Below are positions 26,657 to 37,070 of a stretch of DNA of 64,000 nucleotides, piece after piece. The first letter of the stretch is position 1. Each line of letters opens with the position of its first letter. Source of the DNA: Octopus sinensis (Eukaryota); NCBI RefSeq assembly GCF_006345805.1, contig NC_043004.1, positions 87,358,001 to 87,422,000 on the forward strand, in the 5' to 3' direction. The translations under genes and the position numbers were made by a program. Under the pieces are notes generated by a model, which did not search any database, was not told where the DNA came from, and saw nothing but the letters and a program-made list of their open reading frames with translations.

Positions 26657-26865
26657 CCCTTTAGCATTTAATCTGGTCATATCAGGCCTAAATTTTCAGC
26701 CCATTTCATGTGCAAACTGACCAAATCAAGCCTATCAGACCTACCCTACAATGTCATTCTAAAAATACACAATCACATCATTGATATCTTGAAGCTATTA
26801 GATAATGCATGATTAATTCAGAACAAATAAGTATTACATCTGACCGTAGTCTGAATGCTAAAGGG
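26657..26865. mobile_element. Intact ~209-bp TTAA-type MITE
   Basis: TTAA-CCCTTTAGCATT ... AATGCTAAAGGG-TTAA. Same family as the copies at 20096 and 23610. Confidence 0.85.
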
Positions 26866-29573
26866 TTAATAAATGTTTTTTGATGGTGGGCTTAGTAAGT
26901 TATAAGTTGTTGTTTTCTTATGTTAAGAAATGAAAATTGAGCATAATCAGTTAAAAACAAATGAGAAACAACTAACATTTCATCTCTTCCTAAAATAGTG
27001 GTTTCATGATCCCATACAAATGCTGAAGATCCAACCAACATGTGCCAACATGGAAATATAAACATAATGTAAAAATAAGAATGAAACTCAACTTTTAACA
27101 AACATGTGAATATCAAACAAAACTTTTGAATTAATTAAAGTTAAAATTGCATCAAAGAAGTATATCAGTCACCAGACAATTGGCTTTAAGAAGAAAAAAA
27201 AAAAGCAACCTCCCTTTTTGTCTCAAATTAATTTATTCCCTTTAAACCATAATAAAGTAAAATAGAAGCATAACAAGACTGAGGCAAAGACAAAGATAAC
27301 TTCACAAACTATTAAAAACTAAAATACTCTGAATATTTCATAAATAATGAACTTAGAACAACAGTTAAGCCAGATAAGATAGACTGCCATCAAGATCAGT
27401 CCGTAAAAAAAAGAAAAATGCATATGATTAATTAAAAATAATTGAAAGTAGCAAAGCTAATGAAATCAAATAACTAGAACAAACATTTTAAAACATGCTT
27501 AAAGGATCAGAATTTTGTCCAAAACTCACACAATATATGAATGCTCAAACCACATGTCAAGTGAAAGAGAAAAAAAAAAATGAAGATAACTATTTTTAAA
27601 GCTACATGAAAATATTGTCAAAAATATGGATTTGTCATTAATTTTATATAAAAGATATCATATCACTAAGAAATCCTAATTTGTATATAATTTCACTCAT
27701 TAAATATTCTTGACCTCTTTTTTACTACTATCTATCCATAGTGTCAGCTTATCTTAAGATTTTCATACCTATATAAAAATAATACAGAATACAAGTTAGT
27801 TGATTGCTCAAGTGTCTAGCAATTTTGTACCAAATACACCCACCCTTCTCTGCCAAACTAATCTAAGCTAGCTACATAAGTAGTGAGAGACAATCCTTAT
27901 AAATATGCTTTTTCATATTTCCATTTCAGTGGCATAGCACAGAATTTGGCTGCTCTCTACTTTAAAGATAATATAACTTGTTTAATTTTAGATTGTTTAA
28001 TTTTAGAGTGTCAATGTAGGGTATGTGTGAGACGCTAGATACGACCAGTTTGAATGCAAAGCAGGTAGAATATCTGGGCCAGATATGGCCAGTTTAAAGG
28101 CTAAAGGGTTAATAAACAGATGTATATAGTGGCCACACTGTTATGGACCATACACAACCACTGTTCTTTTTTCCCAAAACTTGTAAACAAGAAAACCTAA
28201 GTGGTTAACAAAAACATTACAATGGTATCTAAAAATTACAGAAAAATTCTTGTCATTATCAACTGTTAGACATTTGTCTTTAATCTAAAATCATACAAAA
28301 TGAACACTCAAAGAACAAAAGATGTGTTTGTGCAATATATGACAACTATTATTGTAGTTAAGAAGCTTTGCAACTATGTGGTTTCTGGTTTAATCCCATT
28401 GTTCGGCAGCCTGAGATTGTGTCTTCTATAGCCTGAGGTCAACCAAGGACCTCTGAGTCAAATTTGGCAGATGGAAATTATGTGGGAGCATGTTGTAAGG
28501 ACCATTCCTGTTCTAAAGTGGCAAACTTTTAACTGTTACCTGATCTACCACCACCACAAAGTCCTTGAGAGCCTCCAGGAATCCATTCTATTGCAAATAT
28601 TCTGGCCAGAGAATGACACTAGATAAGGAGAAACTTGAAAAGAAATATGGGAATTGCCCTTCCTCCTCTTGAAAGCTTCATCAACTGCAGGTGTGCATCT
28701 TTTGTTGTTATTACAGATGAATTCCATTTACCTTTCTATCTATGAATCCAAATCGTTCCACAAAGTGCATAACTTGCTTCCAAATCCACTCTTTTCACAC
28801 AAATCACTGAGCAGTCAATCTTGTCCATTTGGATCACCTTCTGCATGCAGTGGCAATATACAGGAAATTTGTCTCTAGAGTCTAACATAACGCAAATCTC
28901 TTCAACAGTGTTCTAACCATCACAATGATACAGTGTACACTCAGGTCACTTCTCTTCTTACCAAATTCTTGAAGCCTTTTCTATAAAGTGTTTACCCTGA
29001 GATTGGAAAATATGAAACCATTCTATTGCTGTCACACACAACACTTGATGGAAACAATCAGAAATAATCATTTTCAGTTTATCTCCAGTAGTAACCATCA
29101 AATCAACCAAAAACTTTCCTCGTTGGTCTACTAACTCTTTTGATTCCAACCCATCTGAGACTACCTCTTGTTCTACACACCAATCTTCTTGTTTTAAATG
29201 CTTTAAGTTAAAACCCTCCATCAAAATATCCTTCTTATTTATCTTTCAAACACCAGCTTAAATAATGGCAAATTTATTTTACTAAATTCTTTATTAATTG
29301 AAACAAAGCAGAGTATTTCAACAGAAATATGATAACAAAAGGGTTGAAGCAACCTTGCTGACATCAACAAAGCTTGTAAGAAAACTACTTGTCTATGGGC
29401 TTCATATGTCATTAATTAATGTACTGGAAACTTTTAAAAGCATATTCCACTACAATATCAATAGAGCTTCACTTCTACACTGATGATAATGCCATATATT
29501 ATTCTCTTCCTTTCCACATACAGGCTTTAACCACACGCAAGCTTATCCTTTCCCACCTAACTTGCACATCTGT

Positions 29574-29649
29574 AAAAACTAACACTTCCTTTCTCCGAGC
29601 TTAAATTCGAAACTGAATCTAAGCTCGGAGAAAGGAAGTGTTAGTTTTT
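29574..29649. repeat. Near-perfect inverted repeat (30-bp perfect arms, 76-nt hairpin)
   Basis: AAAAACTAACACTTCCTTTCTCCGAGCTTA (29574-29603) is the exact reverse complement of 29620-29649. Inner ATTC/GAAT pairs and a 6-nt loop follow. Confidence 0.95.
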
Positions 29650-31356
29650 GCACATTCTTCTGCAGTGGAAACTCAACAATTTAGTCTTCTTCAACAGCAT
29701 CTTGCAACCACTCTATCACAATGTCTGACAAGCTCCCAAAGAAGGCACTTTACACAGCCAAAACTGCATCAAAGCTTCAAATAGTCCTTACTTTAAGAGA
29801 TATTTATTTACACTTGTACAGTGTATACATTATACGTAAATTCTAGACTGTATCTAAGAAAAATCCATCAAAGAGGTCATCAACACATTACAACCACCAT
29901 CAAAGTTTGTTTATTTGGCTTCTGAATTTACTAACTCAATATAACTCTCTTCTCATCACAGCCAGTGTCTCACCTGTTAAAGTCCCATACTAAACACTAA
30001 TAACTCTCTCATATTTGTTTCCACCTATATTTAACTTAGTGTTAAATATTCAATGCAGTGAACATCAAATTCTAAAAAATAATTGCCATGTCTATAAACA
30101 AAAGACTAAGATGAGTACTATTCCAATCCTTTCGTTAAGTATTGGATATAATTTAGGATATATTTCAATCTTATTAGATCTCTTCAATGAAGCATAATCA
30201 TCAACGTACTAGTAATGTAAATGAAGCACCAAATATTAAATGCTAACACCCACTTAACTATTGTCTATCACGCGGATGGCGTCCGTGAGTAATTTATCCT
30301 TTGGGTTTCTCAGATATAAGATTAATCAGCTAATTTTATCCAGTTATATTTCTCCTAATTAAGATATATCACAAAAAATCACTGGCTATCTGCAGAATAA
30401 CTATACAACGGGGAAATATGCATAGTAGTCGAAATAACTAAAAATTATTAGAATGGAAAGACACATGGCAGAACATGGACGAGCCATTAAATTTTACGTA
30501 ATGTTTACAGTAATGGCCTCCATTTTCTTGTGGTAACATGTCATGGAGATTCAGGAGGGGCAATAGCCACAACCTTTCTAAGCCCTCGCAGACTGATGAG
30601 ATGATGCAAGCTGTGGACAACCTAGGCATCTGTAGGTAAAGCGCGGGCAGGTTGGAAACTAAGTCTGATTTGAAGGCTTGCAACAATGAATTCCGCTAAA
30701 GTCACTTAAGGGTCAGGTAGGTAACTTTTCATGCATCAAGAATATGTTGATGAAATTATCAGTTTGATTTTAAAAAGAAGCCTTAAGAATATAAAGTTTA
30801 TAGTTTCATACCAGACTCAATTTCGGTACTAAATAATTTTTTTCCCCCCTTGCAGGTTTTTTTTTTTTTGTGGGTGGGAGTGCAATCGTCTTAGTTAACT
30901 TCGGAAGCTGTCGGAAATGCATTTTTCCCGTGGTGTCAAAAAATACAAAACATCAAAGTACTTATGTTTAAAAGCTTTTTAATTATGTAAAAAAAAAAAA
31001 AAAAAAATGTAAATTACTATTTTGGGAAAGACTCGTAGAAGAAGATAAATAAATAATCGGAATCCGAATATCTGCAAAGTAGCAAATTTTAAGCAGATCG
31101 TCCTCTACATGCTGACAGCTATCTACATGACAAACTACTAAATGCAAGCAGTCGGACTATGAAAGATAAGTCCTGTTGCCGCATACTATCAGGGACTAAC
31201 AGAGCCAAGACAGAAACTTCACATATATTTTACCATCATTTACAGAGAAAGACTAAAAAAAGAAAATCTCAATTATTTTTCATATTATTAAATGATAGAA
31301 ACTATATATTTTCGTCGGTGTTTTCCAGTTTGCAAGTGAATAAATTGCATACTCAC

Positions 31357-31383
31357 CTGTTTATAAATTTGATACATTCAAGA
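31357..31383 (-). CDS. Candidate 27-nt in-frame microexon in SREK1-like intron 1
   Basis: tatttcttcacttgcag|TCTTGAATGTATCAAATTTATAAACAG|gtgagtat. Consensus donor, polypyrimidine acceptor, phase 2-2, no stop codon. Adds LECIKFINS. Confidence 0.55.
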
Positions 31384-31942
31384 CTGCAAGTGAAGAAATA
31401 TCAATTGAGTATATTGAAAACTCTTCACATCTTTTAACATTAAACTTCATTTGTAATTCTTTCTAAACTAAACATTTGTAATTTACTTCAGTTGGCTATG
31501 TATTATTAATCTAGGCGGAACTTATAACACAATAAGGTCAAAGTTTCGAACGTAAAAATTTGTAAAATATTCGTTCGACAACGGGAAAACACTTTAAAAT
31601 GGTTATGAATTTAATGCCTAAACTTTATAGTACATTGAAAGTAATTTGCATGACTTCATTAACTATACACAAAATTGATTTTATTATTATTATTATTATA
31701 TATATATATATGGCAACATTGCCATATATATATATATATAAGGATCTGGTGACGAATTTGATGTTAATTAACAATAATATAAAACAATCAAGAAGAATGA
31801 TACAAAGAAAATGTAATAAATATATAATTTAATTATTTTTTTTTTGTTTAAATCTTAAAACAAGCTGGTTTACTGTGCGATGATAACTTAAAAATCTTAA
31901 CAAAGACACGGAATGGCAAACGACACGATCAAATGAACTTAC

Positions 31943-32088
31943 TCTGATGGGTACATGCGAACTTCCTCGATCCTTCCAAGAAAGGAAAACAAGGTTTTCA
32001 TTTGTTCCTTAATTGCTCCAGGTGCTACATTTGTAACTTGAATGACTTTTGTATTGAGTTTACAATCAGCAACCGCTGCACCAGCCAT
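31943..32088 (-). CDS. SREK1: SREK1/SRSF11-like exon 1, RRM1 first half
   Basis: accATGG Kozak context. MAGAAVADCKLNTKVIQVTNVAPGAIKEQMKTLFSFLGRIEEVRMYPS resembles the SREK1 motif VIQVTN..EQMRTLFSFLG.IEELRLYP. Donor GA|gtaagt. Confidence 0.96.
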
Positions 32089-32119
32089 GGTTGTGCACAA
32101 AATTTGTGCAAACAGATTG

Positions 32120-32170
32120 CCGGCAAAATGGTGATTGTTTATAGGCGGAAGTGACGTCACCGGAAACCAC
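32120..32170. promoter_or_regulatory. Proximal promoter of the SREK1-like gene: overlapping ETS and CRE sites
   Basis: GCGGAAGTGACGTCAC at 32145-32160 followed by CCGGAA, with a YY1-like CAAAATGG nearby. About 57-77 bp upstream of the ATG. Confidence 0.7.
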
Positions 32171-34589
32171 AGCGTTTAATATATTTTCTCAGCATTTGTT
32201 CAACTTCTGCATAATTTAAAATGTGGTCCGAATAACCAGCAAACTTTTTACTTAACTTTCTTAAATTACCAAATCTTTTATTCTTAAAATTAAAAGTAAT
32301 AAAAGGTGGCTTTAGATTTCACTGACAACTAGAATTGTTATTTTAAAAATAATTTATTCGGCGCCATTCTTTTTATTTTAGTTAAATTTGTAAGCTGGTT
32401 GTGATAGTTTTAAAATACATGTTCCATTTGTTAATTCGATGAAAATTAAACTAAAATACTGAAAGATATCGATCTTAAAATTTTCCACTATCATCGAATT
32501 ACTTGTCAATAATCCTTCCTATCTTGCTCCTCTCATTTATTTCTATCATTGACACCAGAACTCAAATTTTGGAACGGAAACAGTCGATTTAATCTATCCT
32601 AGCTGTTGACGGGTACATTTTTTAAAATCTTTTCTCTTTTATTAAGTTTTTTTCTTTCTTATTTATTAATTTATGGCAAAAATTAATGTCATTCCTATAA
32701 TCAATATATAAAACTACATCAATACACCAAATGTGAAATCAATTGGAGCAAAATCAAAGGAATTGAAAAGTGTGAGCTAAGCAGAAAAGATCCCTTTACT
32801 TTATTTTATTTTTTTACTCGACCTGGAAGCATGAAAATCGAAGTTAATCTGGATGGGAATTGAAATCAAAACGATGGGTAATGCAAGGCAGTCCATCTAG
32901 AAATCCTATAATTCTGCCAGTTCGGGGTTTGATATTGACACACATCAAAAAGCAGAGAAATAAAAAGTTGAGATTGGCTTTTTCAAAGAGATTTTAGTGA
33001 GTGAAGAGGGAAAGATTTGGTTCAATTAGAATTTGCTTCAGTTCAGTGACGCTTGTTTCCTCCACGTACTTCAATATCAGAATAGGAAGAATGGTATTAT
33101 ACAATACTGCACTGGTTGTGTTCTATTTTTATATCTGCTACTTGGTATTTAATAAAATTGAACTGTGTAGGGATAGTTTAATTAACTGAGTATACTCTTA
33201 GGTTATTTTCGTGCTATTCTCCAAGGTGAGGGAAAATTTGAGATATTGGCGATCAATTATAACGATTGTTTTGACTAAGTACAAAATTGTGCTTGTGGGG
33301 AATAAAAGATAGTATGCCGAATGAATTTAGTAAAACATCTAGTCTAGTTTTTTTAAACTTAAATCGCTGTTTAATCTTCTGTAATTAAATAAATATCCAT
33401 CTGTGGATCACCAAAACTTGTAGCGTAAGATGGCTGTAGATGCAACCAATATCGCCGTCTTTCCTGATCAGATCATCAGCTTACCTTGTGTTTTCATCTT
33501 TCTCCCAATCTATCCATTAACAGTATTCAATAACTCCCTTGGTGGATCCTCTATATTTCTTTTACCGGAAATTTTTTTCCATACATTACCATATTCTCTT
33601 AAAGTGAAGTGTTATGATGTCATGTTGCATCATTAAATTATTTCATTTTTCGTATTTTAACAATTAACGAAAGAATTTCGTGGTTCTCGGTATTCTCAAC
33701 AATTTATTTCCTAACATTTTCCTTACTTCGATGTTCAGCATATGGAATGGAAAATATCTTTCTACATTACCTTTCAGCATCTAACGCCCGTGATACGTTG
33801 TGCAACTAACGTCCCTAATTCGCACTCATAATGCATTTGGATAATTTAAAAAATATAAGTTAGTTAAAGAAGGTACAGTGCCCTTTATGTTCCCGGACCT
33901 TCTTTGTCAAATGAGATAAATCCAGTTGATAATCAGTTTGAAATTATGTAATGAAGAAATCCCCAACAGCACACACTACAACAGAACAGTCTAACATGAA
34001 ACTTCTAACCCACGAGATAAAAACAAAAATCAAGTGATTTTGTTGTCACCCTCTTCGCCATCTCAAATGAGTACAAAATATTTTAAAACTGCTCCCACCA
34101 CCACTATTTCTACACATGTTTTTTTTTTTTTGTTTCCTTTCACGATCAATGGCATACTTATGTGCATGTACAAGAACATTACTTTCATAGAAGTTAGTTA
34201 AGATGAGAGGCCATGTGTGAATGACGTAGAATTGTAAGTTAACCGTACAGAAAACTGTACTGGTAGGAGGAAGAGAAAGGGAATAACATTTATGAAAGGA
34301 ATGTTGGAAGTGAGCGCAATTAATCAGTAATTGGCTAAGTCAGAGAGATTGCTCTTTTGGAAGGAGTGTTAATAGGACACACTGTAGCATGTTCCACTAG
34401 CTTTGGAGAGTTTGGTGAAGATAGAAACTTGCCCTGGAACGCGCTTTTGCGGGGAGAGTTGAGGTATTCGTTTTTGTCCCTGCAATAAATTAACGATGAA
34501 TGCCAAAATAGATTTGAGATCGTTTAAATATTATGGTAGATTTTAGTTGTCTTTTCCCGATGCATAGGAGTACATGAATTCAGCACTAC

Positions 34590-35107
34590 CTTATATATAA
34601 ATAGCAATTTCTGTCTGTCTGTTACCATTATAGTGCCTAAACCAGCGAGCCAATATTCACGAAACTTTGTATACATGTTACACTAACAATAATAGGTTAA
34701 TTGGATTTCAATAAAAATCTATAATGTGTCCCCCACTGGGGTTGAGTGAATTATATGATAAAATAAGAAGGTTGCAAAAACTATTAGTCGGAGGGAAACG
34801 CATTTGCTGAGTGAGGGTGACTTATATCAGGGAAGGTGTGAACAGCGTTATGTAAGCTACAAATATTGAGTGGCAATGGGACGTCCGTGTTAATACAGCT
34901 GTCATATACACGCAACGCTATATACATAGATACAACGTGCGCGCGCACACACACGCACACACAGAAAGCTGGGTGTGAGGAATACGTATCTGATATCCAT
35001 CGTAAAGTAACACTCACACACACAATGCATACATACATACATACATACATACATATGTCTACTAAACACCATTTAAAACTCAGATTACCTGTGTATACGT
35101 TTGTAAA

Positions 35108-35142
<35 letters not shown>

Positions 35143-35815
35143 CAGGGACATAGAGAGGTCCTATAACTGTCTGTCTGTCTACTTTTGTAGGGTCTTCCCT
35201 GTTGCTATCACATATTGTGAGATTTTAAAATTACGTTAAAATTTCCAAATTTGGTATATTGAAATAATTTTCCACATCAAATCCGATTTTGTTATTTTGT
35301 TGTTCCAGAAAAATTGCAGAAAAATGTTACTGAGGTTTAAAGTTTACCTAATCAGAAAACAGGATTTGGAAGCTGACATTTTCTACATGATAGCTGGCAT
35401 TTTCTGCATGATAGCTGTCTATCACGAAATGAAAGCAAAATCATTAGGAGGAGGAAGTTTTATTAAACAAACCAATGCAAAGCATTACGACGACCAAAGT
35501 TGTAAGAATTTCCGAAGTTTTAATGAATAAAGTCATGCGAAACGATCAAATAGACATGTAAATAATTTAAAAAGGAAAAAAATCCCCAACAAGTTTTTTT
35601 TTGTGAAAAATTGCACAAATCTGCCCTGATCAAGAGGCCTATTTGTCGGGGAAGACATAGAATAAGCAAAAATTTATATAAGACATTCTATTGTAAAAAC
35701 TGCCTGGCAACGACAGGCTATTCAGCTCATTCCAGCAGCATAGGGTTCTGCTGTAGGCAATATGTATTTGGGGGACGGAAAACTGACGGGCCGCCCCAAG
35801 CGGCACACACTCTAG
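34590..35815 (+). mobile_element. Probable non-autonomous Helitron
   Basis: 5' TTATATATAAATAGCAATTTCTGTCTGTCTG resembles Helitron/DINE-type starts. The 3' end has a GC hairpin GCCGC-CCCAA-GCGGC (35790-35804), then CTAG (35812-35815) followed by T. Internal microsatellites. Confidence 0.5.
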
Positions 35816-36608
35816 TTACGCTAGTGATTCGTGGTATCTTTCTAGTGTAACACTCGGACGCACATTATTGTAATTTTTCTTATTTTACCCGGTATAACAT
35901 GTAATGTAATAAAATTGACGCGACGCTCTTATTTAACTCAGAAGTTTTTAGTTTTGCAAAACTTTTTACTTTTATCACGGGGTCGCCCGAGAAACCTTCT
36001 TGCCCTCTCCAAGAACATTTGTTATTGTTGCTTATCCCAAGACATCTCTGATCTAACAGACTTATGAAGAAATACATTACAGCTACAATCATGCTAATTT
36101 TTGTTTCAGAGATCGTCTGTATGTTTCTTTTTATAAAGACGGTAGGAGTGATTCGCAGTAAATGTGGTTGCTATTTCAAGTACACCGAGCGTCCATGTAC
36201 AGGCTCCCTATCTTGCTCGAAATATATTTGTCTCTAGCTATAAGGTTCCAACTGGGAACTAAAACCATTCAATATTTCCTTAGCGACTATGCATGTTAAT
36301 TATTTTGTTTTGCGCTCGTCTAATTTTAAACCACGCAAAACTGTTTCGCTTTTCGCTTAACCGCAAACAATTTCGCGTTTTTTACACTTCTCTTTCTTTT
36401 CCGCTTTCGCTTGACGTGCACTTCTCATAACCACAGAGCCCTCTTTGCGTTCGACCTGCTAGAAATAGTAGCCAACTATCCGCTAACGAATGGTATTAAA
36501 AAATCTATTCAATTTAACTTTGTCTTTTCTTACAAATATGTTTATAAGAAACTAGAAGCAAATATTTTATTGAAATATCTTTTTAACACTTGTAAACAAG
36601 ACTGAAAT

Positions 36609-37070
36609 AAACAAATTTTGTTGTGTCTAGGGAGAGTCATTATGCCAACATTAATAATACACGCACGGATTCAATTCCATTCCTTTATCATTAGTCAGTT
36701 GGTTAAGTATCCAACTAACAAATCAATTGTTTGTTTAACTTGGTTAAGCAGTAAGTGTTTATTTTTTTGTCAGAGCTCTTTCGTTGCTATTTGCAACCTT
36801 TATAGTGACTTTTCTCTTTGTTGTTACGTAAGTCGCTTACAATGGTTTCTACTTGGGGATAAGAGAAAAGTCATTGAAGAGGTTATAAGTAGCAACGAAA
36901 CAGCTTTGACAAAAACCAAAACAAAACAAACGACTTGGTGTTTAACCAAATTAAACAAACAATGGATTTGTTAGTTGAATATGACTTATAATAAAGGAGT
37001 GGAATTGGACCAGTGCGTGTGTTATTAATATTGACATAATGACTCACCCTAGACATAAAAAAATTTGTTT
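36609..37070. mobile_element. Foldback/MITE-like element with ~150-bp imperfect inverted arms
   Basis: TGTCTAGGGAGAGTCATTATGCCAACATTAATAA..CAACTAACAAATCAATTGTTTGTTTAA is mirrored by TTAAACAAACAATGGATTTGTTAGTTG..TTATTAATATTGACATAATGACTCACCCTAGACA. Confidence 0.8.

Noticed and set aside
30438-30686. 82-aa ORF as an independent gene
   Set aside because: It has no recognisable domain, and the frame reached by splicing from exon 1 is a different, stop-containing one.
32089-32160. N-terminal extension MTSLPPINN... in the ORF track
   Set aside because: It starts at a GTG inside the promoter motif. The Kozak ATG at 32088 fits the family N-terminus.
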